DNA of 64,000 bases, taken from NCBI RefSeq assembly GCF_009914755.1, contig NC_060941.1; one strand, written 5' to 3'. Made by a program: the position numbers and the translations under genes. This document shows positions 28,262 to 45,370 of this stretch, piece by piece; position 1 is the stretch's first letter, and each line of letters starts with the position of its first letter. The notes beneath the pieces were generated by a model, which did no database searches, was not told the DNA's origin, and saw only the letters and a list, made by a program, of their open reading frames with translations. The stretch is from the human T2T-CHM13v2.0 reference genome, Homo sapiens.

Positions 28262-29789
28262 TGAACTCCTGGCCTCAAGTGATCCGCCCACTTTGGCCTC
28301 CCCAAGTGCTGGGATTACAGGCATCGGCCGCTGTGCCTGACCCAATCATACTTTTTTGTACAATCCTTAGATTTTTCCCAGCATTAGCAACTGCTTAATG
28401 TTCTATTTTTTACTTGCCTAGTTCCCTGTGTATCTACTTTTACTTTTTCTTTTCTCTTTTTTTTTGAGACAGGGTCTTGCACTGTTGTCCAGGCACGAGT
28501 GCAGTGGCATGGTCATGGCTTACTGCATCCTTGATCTCCTTGGCTCAAGTAATCCTCATGCCTCAGCTTCCCAAGTAGCTGGAACTACAGGTGTGGGCCA
28601 CTATGCCCGGCTACTTTTTCTATTTTTTGTAGAGACAGGGTCTCACTATGTGAGACCAGTCCAGTATAGCTTAGTGTTGAATTTGCATGGTCTCTAGAGG
28701 CAGGCCCCTCACGCTAACTGCTACAATTTTGGGCAAACTTTTCAAACAAGCTCCAGTTTCGTCATCTGTAAAATGAGAATAATATCTACCTTTTAAGACC
28801 CAGGCTGGTCTCAAACTCCTGGCCTCAAGCAATCTGCCTGCCTCGGCCTCCCAAAGTGCTAGGAATACAGGGGAGAGTGAGCCACCACGCCCAGCCCTAT
28901 TTTTACTTTTAATGAATGCTCCAAAATCTCTCCTACTATCAAGATTTTCCTCAGCCTATTTATTTTAACTGGTCTCTAATGCCGAGACTATGTATTAGTG
29001 ATAGGAAGCTGAAGAATATTTACAATGATAGGAAAAGAATAAGGAGTTTTATTTTTGAAAAACAGAAATCAGATAGAAATGAAAAGCCCTGTCACTTTCA
29101 AGGTGCTATGTAGTACGACCAGCCATAAGCTTCTGTGTCATTCAGGATTTAAGACAGCTGCAATGTTACTACTCAACAGCAGTACAAAAACCAAGACAGT
29201 TCTCAATACCTGCTTTCCTGCTGCTACTCAGCTCATCTGCTGAAAGCTTAAAAAGAATAACCTTCTTGAAAGTCGTGTTTTGAGTAACTATTGCTTTGTG
29301 AGATGCAGAGTTTGACAGAAAATTAAATCCCTACTTCCATGGCTGTGCTGAGTAAAAAAACAGAAAACTCAAAGAGGAAAGCTTATTAGGTTATCCACCC
29401 AAAAGAGCATATTCGCTAAAGGAATTCCAAAGGGTGTGTTTCAGTAAAGACAAAAAAAAATCTAACACATACACAACACTAATTACTAAAAGGAAGAAAT
29501 CTGAAAGCAGACACAATGTATAATGATTTTAACAGAGTAGATGTTGCTGTTCACTTCCCAAGAAAATGGGGTATAGTGTACTTAACACTGAAGCCTAATG
29601 AGAGTAACCTCGAAACTGTTACCAGCCCATCCCAAGCAGTGAATTTTAAGAAAGGTAAGTACAGCTTTAATCATTCATTTCAAACAATGTCTACTGTATC
29701 CAAAAAAACTACTATCCTAAAGGTATTTGCAAGATTTTTTTTCTTTCTTCCATTTAACTCTCTTCTTCCCAAAATTCACAGAAAATAAA

Positions 29790-30468
<679 letters not shown>

Positions 30469-30940
30469 TAAACACACTTTTATTTATTTATTTATTTTTC
30501 AGAAAGGGTCTCACTCTGTAGCAAAGGCTGGAGGGCAGTGGCGTGATCTTGGTTTACTGCAACCTCCGCCTCCTGGGCTCAAGGGATCCTCTCACCTCAG
30601 CCTCCTTAGTGGGGACTACAGGCACCAGCCACCATAGCCTACTCATTTTTTTTTGTAGAGATGGGGTCTCCCTATGCTGCCGAGGCTGGTCTCAAACTCC
30701 TAAGCTCAACAGATCTGCCTGCCTTGGCCTCCCAAAGTGCTGGGATTACAGGTATGAGCCACCGCACCAGGCACAAAGACTTTTTACCCTACCCGGTGTC
30801 CACTGACTCAACATTTTGAGAAGTTACTAACTGACAATGTGGCTTGGTGTTACATTATAATAATAAAATCACCACAGAACCCACACTACAGCAAGGAATT
30901 AATGAGCTCAGCTCAATCTTTTTGGTGAGTTCTTTGGTAA

Positions 30941-31450
<510 letters not shown>

Positions 31451-31550
31451 TGACCAGGACTCACCATGTTGCCCAAGCTGATCTCAAACTCCTGGACTCA
31501 CGTGATCCTCCCCATCTCAGCCTTTCCAAGTGCTGGGATTACAGGGGTGA

Positions 31551-31799
<249 letters not shown>

Positions 31800-31802
31800 T
31801 GA

Positions 31803-31901
<99 letters not shown>

Positions 31902-32122
31902 TGAGACAGAGTCTCGCTCTGTCGCCCAGGCTGGTGTAGTGACGCAATCTTGGCTCGCTGCAAGCTCCGTCTCCCAGGTTCATGCCATTCTCCTGCCTCA
32001 GCCTCCCGAGTGGCTGGGACTATAGGTGCCCACCACCACACCCGGCTTATTTTTTTGTATTTTTAGTAGAGACATGGTTTCACCATGTTAGCCAGGATGG
32101 TCTCGATCTCCTGACCTCGTGA

Positions 32123-32704
<582 letters not shown>

Positions 32705-33376
32705 TGAGACAGAGTCTCGCTCTGTTGCCCAGGCTGGAATGCAGTGGTGTGATCTCATCTCACTGTAACCTCCACCTCCTGCGTTCAAGCGATTCTCCTT
32801 GCCTCAGCCTCCCAAGTAGCTGGGATTCCAGGCGTGTCACCACCACCTAATTTTTGAATTTTCTTTTTTTGTGTGTTTGTGTGTGTTTTTAATGTTTGTA
32901 TTTTCAAATAAAGACGAGGTTTCACCATGTTGGCCAGGCTGGTCTCCAACCTCAAGTGATCCGCCCACCTCGGCCTCCCAAAGTTCCAGGGTGACAGGCG
33001 TGAGCTACTGTGCCTGACCAATACATACTCTTGACCAAGCAATTCCACTTCCCAGATTTATCTCACTGAAACAATGAGACAAAATACAATGTGCAACATA
33101 CACATATACACCCACACCCTTGATCAATATCCATGAGCTTGTGTATGGAGTATCTACATAAATACCAGGATATATCAATTTTTTTTTTTTTTTGAGACGG
33201 AGTCTTGCTCTGTCGCCCAGGCTAGAGTGCAGTGGTATGATCTCTGCTCAAAGCAACCTCCACCTCCCGGGTTCAAGCCATTCTCCTCAAATTTTTAAAG
33301 CTGCAGAAAAATTATAGTTTATCCTATTTCTGTAAGGCAAAATAATACATCAGTATGTGCTTAAAAAAAAAGGCTA

Positions 33377-33686
<310 letters not shown>

Positions 33687-34195
33687 GGCTAACAATGGTT
33701 ATCTCTGCTAGCGAGATCACAGAACACTTTTACTTTCTGCATGATACACCTCAATTGTATTTTCATTATTTTTACAATAGGCATGTGTTACTTTTGTAGT
33801 TACAACACAAACCAAAAAGCTTACTGACGCTCTGGAGTTAGACTTGGATTCAAATGTCACTTTCCACTTACTAATGAGGGGACACTGGAGAAGTAACTTA
33901 TACTCTGTAATCCCTAGTATCCCTTAACTGGAAAATGGGAATAATAACAGCCAACTACCTTATAAAGTCATTTTGATAATTAAAAGAGATAATGGTTGTA
34001 AAATGCTTGGCAGAAGTCTCTGGCTCTCTCCAAAAGACTGAGCTAACTAATTATCCACTATAGTGTGGGCTGTGATGATTTTATTATTATAATGTAGTAT
34101 AAGCCAGAGACCTTAACTAGTATTTTCAGTCTCTTTTCAAATACTAGCCTACATGTTCTAAGAGTAAATGTGGAGCTTCCATCTGCATAGGCAGA

Positions 34196-34510
34196 TATCC
34201 TGATGAAACCATCATCAGTTGAAAATATTGTTACATGGAAATGCATTTTAATACACCTAACCTACCAAACACCACAGCTTAGCCTAGCCTACCTTACCTT
34301 AAATGTGCTCCAAACACATTAGCCTACAGTTAAGCAAAATCATCTAACACAAAGCCCATTTTATAACAAAGTGATGAATATCTCCTGTAATTTACTGACT
34401 ATGGTACTGAGAGTGAAAAACAAAACAGTTATATGGGTACTGGAAGTATAGTTTTTACTGAGCGCTATTGCTTTCACACCACTGTAAAGCTGAAAAATCT
34501 TTCGTCTGAG
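34196..34510 (+). mobile_element. MER47A-like (TcMar-Tigger) element
   Basis: AATACACCTAACCTACC...AGCTTAGCCTAGCCTACCTTA...GCAAAATCATCTAACACAAAGCC matches the recalled MER47 consensus. Confidence 0.82.
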
Positions 34511-34945
34511 TCTACAGACTCAGAAGAATTCTCTGGTAGGCAAATTAATGACCCTATTAAGTATAAATTTCAAGTTAAATCACTCCACATCACAGTATTA
34601 AGAATGCTAAAAAATTTACACATGTAAAAATGAATCATGCTTATAGTCACTCATTCCATTAGGCTATTCTAAATACTGACTTTGTGTATACACAGAAAAA
34701 TGTAATTTTAAGTTGAATTACTTAAAGCCACACAGCAGTCTTATTATTTATGGCTGCATTTGGTAACAACAGTTTTGATCCTTAGACCATCTGTATCAAA
34801 ATCCACCCATTCAGAGACTGATTCACTGTGGGGTACATCCTGGAGTTCTACCAGAACCTAATTTTAAAAAGATCTCCCAGTGATTTTTATGGATACTAAA
34901 TTTTAAATAACTGCTATACCATAAGGATGCCTTAACCAGATTTTA

Positions 34946-36340
<1,395 letters not shown>

Positions 36341-37708
36341 AAGTCACTGAGCTGACCCAATCTTCCTATTATAAAGACATACTAGAAGAAAACATAAGCA
36401 GGCACAGAAGCATAATCTTAAAAGAAAAAGAGTAAAAGACAAAAATAATACAAGCAAACCACACTTGCGACCTAGTGGCAGGACTGATTTCTTAGGGATG
36501 AATTCAATCTTTTGAGCCTCCCCGTTCTCAGAGAGGGGACTTCAGCCTCCCACGGCTCTCTAGCAACCCTTCTGGCTGACTGCAGGGAACGCAGGGGACG
36601 CGCAAAAGTAAAGGAACGAAAGCAAGGAAAGAGAGTCTCTTCCCGAGGAAAAAGACGGAATCTTGAAATGAGAGAAAACGAACAGCACGAAAGGGAAGAA
36701 ACCTCGAAAAATTACGCCAGAGTGGGGACTACAAGGAGGAAGGGGAAGTACATTAGAAAAAAAGGGGGGGGTGGGGGGAGGAAGGGGCAAATGACTTGCA
36801 TTACACAAGCATTTCGTGTCCCTAGTGGAAAGGACAGAAGCAGATAGAGAAGGAAGGAAATAACTGGAGAAAGAGGAGTAAGAAAGCCAAAATAGACTAA
36901 TGCTAATTTCTCTCATGTGTCTGACATTTCGGAAAGTCAACAGCATCAAAAAGAGACAGACCTCAAGTGCACTTCAGTCCCCTGCAAACTGCACTTTCAC
37001 AGCGTTTGAAGCCAGCCTTGAAAAACTTTCTAAACAAGCCATAACTCATGTGTGGCTTACAATCATAGAGAGGGCGCGCTGCAAATGAAAATTACCAGCG
37101 CCCGCTCTCGCCGCAATCCTTCCTCGGTGCAGTCCAACCTGCTACTGCTGAATTTTTCTTGACAAATATTTTTCAAATAGTTTTTTTTTTTAAGTGTCAG
37201 AATAAAGGTATCTCCCCCGGCTCCAGCAGCAAACGTTCCACCCCAAAGTGGATTCCCGCACAAAATTAAGCCCAAAGACGCCAGGAGATGGTGACGTGGT
37301 TGCCGTGCAGGTCGAAGGCACATCAATCACCACAGCTGCAGCCCACACCAGTCCCCCGCCGCCAGGCTCGGGTAGACTGACTCGGTCGGCGTTCGGCCCG
37401 CCTGGGCTTCCCGGGCCCCTTCCGTGCAAACCCTCCCGATGAAGGCAGGGGACCTCGCCAGAGAACCCCGACCTCTTCCCCCGGACTGCCCAGAGCCAAG
37501 AGCCGGAGGAGGACGGTCCCCAGGAAGGAAGCGCCCCAAAAGGGGAAACGTAGAGTCCGGAGCCCCGGGGATTGCGCTCCACGTCCCAAGCCTCGCCGCC
37601 CCGACGCGAACCCCGGGGCCGGTCCCGGTTCCCCCGGGGCCCACTCCCGCTGTAGAGCCAAGAGGAAAAGGCACGAGAGAGGCGCCGAGCGCAGCCTCCC
37701 GTACTCAC

Positions 37709-37900
37709 CGTGGCGCAGCTGCTCCGCTCAGCGTCCGGCCCGCCCCTCCACAACGCTGCGAGCGGCCGGCGACCCCAAGGCTGCTCTGCGAGGGCAGCGC
37801 TTGCTCCCGCCGCCGTCACCGCCACAGGCACAGACTCTGCCACAGCCGCCGCCGCCGCTGCCGCCGCCCGGTCGCCGAAGCAGCAATACCTCCTGGCTTC
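37709..37900 (-). other. GRB2: GRB2 non-coding exon 1 (TSS position approximate)
   Basis: Donor ACG|GTGAGT at 37708 inside the CpG island; GC-rich, ATG-free leader with a CGG-type repeat. The TSS is inferred from the adjacent ETS and GC-box cluster. Confidence 0.88.
37845..37868 (-). repeat. Short interrupted (CGG/GCC)n tract in the GRB2 5'UTR
   Basis: Plus strand GCCGCCGCCGCCGCTGCCGCCGCC. Confidence 0.85.
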
Positions 37901-38288
37901 CGCTCCCCGTCGGTGTCCCGCGAGAACTTCTCCACGAGGCCCCGCCCCGCCCCCGCGAGACTTCCCCCGGCGGAAAAGGCCCAGAGCGCAAGCGCTCCTC
38001 CTCAGCCGGGCCCCTGCGGGTAGGGAACCAGCTAGGTGTCAGGGCGCATGCGCCAGACCTCCCCGCAGCAGGTGGCCTCCGCACGGCTCCGCCCCCGGGT
38101 CGCCGTAACCCTCTCGGTGCCAGAGCGGGTAAATGACAGCTTAGCCCTGAAGGACTCTTCCCCCGTCTAATCACTTTATTTTCCTCTTCTACCAAACCTA
38201 GGCAGTTGGATGGGTAGGGGCTTGGGGGAGGAAGAGATCTTCCAGAATGAAGCACTCCAAATAGAGGACCAGGTCTTAAAATATTTGA

Positions 38289-38382
38289 GAATCCGGTCCG
38301 TACAAACTCTGCTGTGTTGAATGATTGGTGAGTTTGTTTGCTCATTGATTGAATCACTGCAGAGTTTGTACGGACCGGATTC
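38289..38382 (+). ncRNA. MIR3678: Annotated microRNA hairpin mir-3678
   Basis: 94-nt GAATCCGGTCCGTACAAACTCTGC...GCAGAGTTTGTACGGACCGGATTC. The perfect stem is directly visible. The name is from recognition of the sequence and its position upstream of GRB2. Confidence 0.88.
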
Positions 38383-38394
38383 TCAAATATAGGC

Positions 38395-38810
38395 CGAACA
38401 CTGTGCTGGGGATAGAACAGAAATCTTGGCCCTTAAGGAATTCACGGTCTAGGAAGTAGAAGAAAAATAAACAAATAATGCCATAAGTACTGTTATAATT
38501 ATTTGGAGTTTGCTGAGGAAGCTAAAAAAATGGAGGGGGTACTGCTACACTGCCCATTGCAGAAGAGCCTTCACAGATGTGATGCGGCGATGTCTGATCT
38601 GAGTCTTGGAGGATGAGTAGGAATTTGCCAGGCAGAGAAGCCAGAGTAAGGGCATTTCAGGGAAAGGGAATGGCACGTAAGTACAGAGGCTAAGTACAGA
38701 GGAACGGAGGCGTGAGAGAGAAAGTCGTGTTCTGTGCAGTGCTAAGTAGTTCAATTCCTGTATGAGGCCGGTGAGTACGGGGGAGTGGCAGAAGATGAGG
38801 CTTGGAGAAA
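38395..38810 (-). mobile_element. L2 3' fragment directly distal to the promoter hairpin
   Basis: CACTGTGCTGGGGATAG...CCCTTAAGGAATTCACGGTCTAG...GAGTCTTGGAGGATGAGTAGGAATTTGCCAGGCAG, typical antisense L2 3' sequence. Confidence 0.7.
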
Positions 38811-39178
38811 TAATTCTTATTTTTCAGTTCCCAAAGCTCTTCCAATTAAAGGATAGAACACAACACACCTAGCGTTACTGTGCCTTCTGGAAGCCAACAA
38901 AATAGCGCTGAGGTGAGAATAACCAAGCATCTGATTCTATAGAGAAAAGAAGCCCATTGAAACACAGAAAATGAATTGTGCTTTCACCAAGTATTTATTG
39001 AGCATCACCTGTGTGCAAGGGGCTCTGCAGGGTCAAAGACCAACCAGATGAAGCCCCTGCTTTCAGTGCTTTGTAATCTAGAGTTGCCTAATCTGTAAGA
39101 CAAGCAGTTGGCCCCAAGTGCCACTGAACTACACATAGGGATGGCTGAGGAGGGAGCCAGTACTTGGTGCTGAGCTAA

Positions 39179-39691
<513 letters not shown>

Positions 39692-40977
39692 TAGCTGAGA
39701 TTACAGCAGCCTGCCACCACACCCAGCTAATTTTTGTATTTTTAATAGAGACAGGGTTTCGCCATGTTGGCCAGGCTGGTCTCGAACTCCTGACCTCAGG
39801 TGATCCACCTGCCTCAGCCTCTCAAAGTGCTGGGATTACAGATGTGAGCCAACACTCCTGGCCATCAACCAATGTTTTTGATTAGTCCAAGCCCCAGTAA
39901 TTGGGGGGAAGAGTGATGAGAGAGAGGGGCCAAAATGCAAAATGCATGGCTTAGGTGTCATAGTCAAGTGATGGGCAACCTCTGAAGGTTTCTGAGCAGG
40001 AGGTGTCTGATATGAGGTGAAAATAAGAAAAGGACCCTCTATTTACCACTTGATGCATACTTAAGTCATAGCGCCTCCACAGGGTGGGTAATATCCCCAT
40101 TTTACAGACTTGGAAACTAAGCCTTAGAGAGGTTAGTAATTTACCCAAGGAAGCCAAAATATAGTAGACCTAAGATTTGGACTAAGGCCTGTCTTGTTCT
40201 AAAATCCTCATTTTTTTCCCGAACTATGCCACTTTGTTCTAAAATAGCAGTCAGAAAAAAATAGAAATGGAAGGGAGGGACTTAGCTGCTAAGCAGAGAG
40301 GAAGACATGAGGGAAGAATTGCAGTTTTTTGTTTTGAGTGGGCCTGGATAACAGGGAGAACACAGAAATTTGCCAGTCAAGAGGCATAGCTGACTGGAGG
40401 GGGCAGGCACAGAGAACAGGGAAGGGCAGGTGAGGAGATGATTGTAAGGGTGAAGGGAATTTTTCCCTTCCACTCTGACAGTTTGAGTCTGCTGAAATAA
40501 ACTGGCAATAGATTAACAGGAGAAAGCACATACAAATTTACTGACATGCAGTGTGCATGGTTACCATACAGAATATGAGACTCAGAGAAGAGCCAGGTGG
40601 CTGAAGCTTAAAGAGCACCATCTTTGCAGAGGAGAGGGAGATGAGCGGAGGTCAGCAATACTGAAAGGTAGTCAACTATTTTTAGGGAAAAGGAATGAGC
40701 CCAAACAATGCCTGGGACAAAGTTCCTCTGAGCTCTGGGAGCTGGAGGTTGTGACAAATTTCAGGAAGGTGAGGTGCAGGACTTCACTGTAAATAAAGGT
40801 TGTCTTATTATGCAGATAAAGTCTCCTAAATAATCTCAGCTGTCCTCAGGAGAATAGATGAAAAGTCTGTTTGGATGTGGTGACAACTTTTAGTCTTTTC
40901 TCTTCTCTGGTAGTTAATATTTCCTGGTTATTTGACGAGAGTCCTAGGGAGGAAATTTTAAGACAGTCGCATCTATT

Positions 40978-41289
<312 letters not shown>

Positions 41290-41310
41290 CTTTTTCTTTC
41301 TTTCTTTTTT

Positions 41311-41408
41311 AATGGATCCCTTCACAGATTTGCATGTCTTCTTGCTCAGGGGCTATGCTAATCTCTGTATCATTCCAATTTTAGTATATGTGCTGCCAAA
41401 GCAAGTAC
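41311..41408 (-). pseudogene. U6 snRNA processed pseudogene (near full length)
   Basis: The reverse complement GTACTTGCTTTGGCAGCACATATACTAAAATTGGAATGATACAGAG-ATTAGCATAGCCCCTGAGCAAGAAGACATGCAAATCTGTGAAGGGATCCATT aligns to U6 with CpG decay and small deletions. A-rich tail (T-run on +) at ~41290-41310. Confidence 0.95.
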
Positions 41409-41760
41409 ACAATTGAATTTCTTTTGGTTTCTCAGTCAGCTAAGGGAACTTTCAGACAGCCCCTGCATGCATGTGGGGTGGTGAAACAAGACTTTAAAAA
41501 GTCCTTGGTTCTGAGGCAGCTTGTAAGTCCTTCCAATTTCCTTTCATTCAAAAGTGCTCAGAATGCCAGAGGAGCATACTTTGGGGTATCATTCTCTGAG
41601 CCCCAACATGATGATGACTCATTTTTGGAAATGCAGAATTCAGCATTCCAGGAGACATGCAGGTGGAAATATTCAGTATGCTGTTGAAAAGCTTGACAAG
41701 CTGGACGCAGCGTTCTCTCCCATAATCCCAGCACTTTGGGAGGCTGAGGCAGGTGGATCA

Positions 41761-42027
<267 letters not shown>

Positions 42028-42249
42028 TCATTCTCTTTGCCAACATTAACTAAGCATCTATTCTCTTTGTTTGTTTTTTTTTGTTTTTGAGACAGGGTCT
42101 CACTCTTGTCACCCAGGCTGGAGTGCAGTGGCGCAACCTCAGCTCACTGCAGCCTTGACTTCCCAGGCTCAGGTAATTCTCCCATCTGAGTCTCCCAAGT
42201 AGCCAGAACTACAGGCACATGCCGCCATGCCCAGCTAATTTTTTGTGTT

Positions 42250-42295
42250 ATGTAAGTATGTATGTATGTACGTATGTATGTATGTATGTATGTAT
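42250..42295. repeat. (TATG)n microsatellite (Alu tail)
   Basis: TATGTATGTATGTACGTATGTATG... Confidence 0.88.
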
Positions 42296-43005
42296 TGAGA
42301 CAGGGTCTCACTCTGTTGCCCAGGCTGGAGTGCAGTGGCACGATCAGGGCTCACTGCAGCCTCAACCTCCTGGGCAAGAGATCCTCCTGCCTCAGCCCCC
42401 CAGTACCTGGGACAACAGTCATGCACCACCACGCTTGGCTAAATTTTTGTGTTTTTAGTAGAGATGGGTATCATCATGTTGGTTAGGTTGGTCTCAAACT
42501 CCTGGGCTCAGGCAATCTGCCCGCCTTGGCCTCCCAAAGTGCTAAGATTACAAGCGTGAGCCACCACGCCCAGCCTAGAGCATCTACTCTCTAGAGAGGA
42601 GGACAACCCTCCACAGAGTCTGCAGCCTGAAGGGGAAGACATGTCTCTGAGAATTTGACCAGGATAGTGCTGGTGGCTTTGGAAGCATACAGCAGGGGAC
42701 CTGACCTCATCCACTATGAGGGAAGGCAGAGGAAGTGGGCTTTAAGCTGAGACCCTGGTTAGCCTGAGAGGAAGAAATGATACAGCAAGTGTGAAGGCCA
42801 GACAGTAAGCAAGGATGTAAGGAAGCCAATAGCTGGGACAAGGAAGGATGTGTGGCATGTGGGTAAAGCAGCTGAAGAGGCTCGTGAAGGGCCTTTGCTT
42901 TTCTCTCTCTCTCTCTCTCTCTTTTTTTGAGATAGGGTCTTGCTGTATTGCCCAGGCTGAAGTACAGTGGTGTGATCACAACTCACTGCAGCCTCAACCT
43001 CCTGA

Positions 43006-43299
<294 letters not shown>

Positions 43300-44043
43300 T
43301 GACCTCAGATGATCCACACACCTCGGCCTCCCAAAGTGCTGGGATTACAGGCATAGGCCACTGCACCCAGACTAATTTTTTTATTTTTTGTAGAGAAGAG
43401 GAGTCTGACTTTGTTGCTAGCCTGGTCTTGAACTCTTGATCCTCCCACCTCAGCATCCTAAAGTGCTGGGGTTACAGGCATGAGCCACTGCACCCACTTT
43501 TTCATTATTGCTAAAGACTTGAGACTTGACTCTGTGGAATACTGAAGTAGGAGTGGGCCATGGTCAAATTTTTATCTTCCAAATATTTTGTCACTCTGGC
43601 TGCAGAGTAGAAAACCAATTGGAACTAAGACATTCATCATCTACTGTCTCAAGTCCCTTACAAGGCTCTTAAAGATCTGGCCCTTCCAGCCAGTGCCACC
43701 TTCTCAGTCTCCAGTAACACATACTCCACCAATACTAACCCACTTGTGGTTTCCGGAAGGTGTCATGATCCTTTGAGTGTCCATATCTTTACACATGCAA
43801 TTTCCTCTGTTCAGTTGGCTTTCTACCCTTCCACTAGGTCCCCAAGTCAGTTTTCTTCTTCAAAATTTCCATGGTAGGTCAGGCACAGTGGCTCACATCT
43901 CACTTTAGGAGGTGGAGGTGGGTGGATCAGTTGAGTCCAGGAGTTCAAGACCAACCTGGGCAACATGGTAAAACCCCACCTCTACTAAAAATGCAAAAAT
44001 TAGCTGGGCAGGGTGGCAAACACCTCTAGTTGGGAGCTACTCA

Positions 44044-44187
<144 letters not shown>

Positions 44188-44992
44188 TCATTGCATCATG
44201 AATCATTCACTCATTGTCCCCCAGCCCTCCCCGCTCGGTGGTCTACAAGCTCCCAAACAGACAGGGTCACCTTTTCACATTTGTATTCCCAGTACCCAGC
44301 ACAGTGCATGCAGTGAATAAATGGATGGATGGATGGACGGATGAATAATAAAGGCTGACCAGAGACTGAAATGTAGCTGCTTTTCTGTGCTGTGGTGGTA
44401 TTTAAAGCTAAGGAAGTGGGTGAGATCTCAGAAAAGAGTAGATGCCTAAGAGAACAGGAAAAAAAAAGTTAAGTATTTCCTTTTAAAATACACCATTGAT
44501 AAAAACAGACATTGAGTATGTTCATGTAAAAGTATATGCATGGGAACCAGATTTGGAAGGGAACATTTAAAAGTAAAAATAATATGTGTTAAAATGGTAG
44601 GCTCGTGGGTGACTTTTTTTTAAGTCAACATTTGTTATATTGCCTTTTTGATAAATTTTTTTTTCTCACAGACACAGACTCAGAAACTTGAGACAACGTT
44701 GCCCAAGATCATTCCACACTGAGAAAAAAACACATTAGAGGCAGCAGTGTTTTGAATAGGTGCATGGCTAGTGTTAAATAATGGAAAGAAATTGGAACAA
44801 GAGGCAAGTTGTGAAGTAAAAGTCACACCCTGGTATGAAAACCTGTTGTCACTGTAGCGAAACTTGCTAATTACAGACCGGCTCCATCAGTAGCTTCACA
44901 ATGCACAAAATCACCAAAAAAGTCTCTGTTTTCCTTGGGGGTTTTTAGTCGTCGGAAAGGGCTTCAGGCTTTGTTTTCTGTGAGTTACGGGG

Positions 44993-45024
44993 CTGCCACC
45001 TGCAGGTAAAATCTGGACATTGCC
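44993..45024 (-). promoter_or_regulatory. Candidate CTCF site (core plus upstream module)
   Basis: Minus strand GGCAATGTCC-AGATT-TTACCTGCAGGTGGCAG. The core has one mismatch to CCASYAGRKGGCRS. Confidence 0.65.
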
Positions 45025-45370
45025 CTGAAATTGACCGAACCTTGGATACAAACCCGGCCTGACAGTGAGCCTCTTTCCCTTAGCACCTGGCTCAAGACCC
45101 TCTCAGGGTCATCCTGAGCCCATATTTCCAAGCTTCTCTTTAGGGGGAAAGCACTAGATACCCAGTAACAGCCAGTGACAGCCTAAAATTGGGCATTTGA
45201 AATTCTATGCTCCCTTGCCCAATTGATCTTGGAAGTTCTCATCTAGAATTTCCTTCACTTAAGTTGTGATCCAAGGCTGTGTACTCCTCTCAGGCTTCCA
45301 GTGTTCCCTCTGATGCTGAGTTTAGCAATGAGACCAAGTGCTGTGACCCCTCTCCAACATCCTGGCCACC

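Larger units (their letters stand above)
37070..38130. promoter_or_regulatory. CpG island and TATA-less GRB2 promoter
   Basis: Very high GC and CpG content. ETS/GABP motif CTTCCG (37897-37902), tandem GC boxes CCCCGCCCCGCCCC (~37940-37954), perfect NRF1 palindrome GCGCATGCGC (38044-38053), a further GC box (~38089-38096). Confidence 0.93.

Noticed and set aside
37190-38357. Long overlapping ORFs (up to 217 aa) on both strands
   Set aside because: Stop-codon scarcity in the GC-rich CpG island explains them. They are low-complexity Pro/Arg/Ala/Gly and cross the exon 1 donor.
40068-40085. CTCF-like TAGCGCCTCCACAGGG
   Set aside because: Only the GGCGC half matches; several core mismatches.
41311-41408. 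Functional U6 snRNA gene
   Set aside because: Multiple substitutions and deletions, including next to the ACAGAGA box. It has an A-tail, is embedded in an LTR and has no evident PSE/TATA, so it is a retrocopy.
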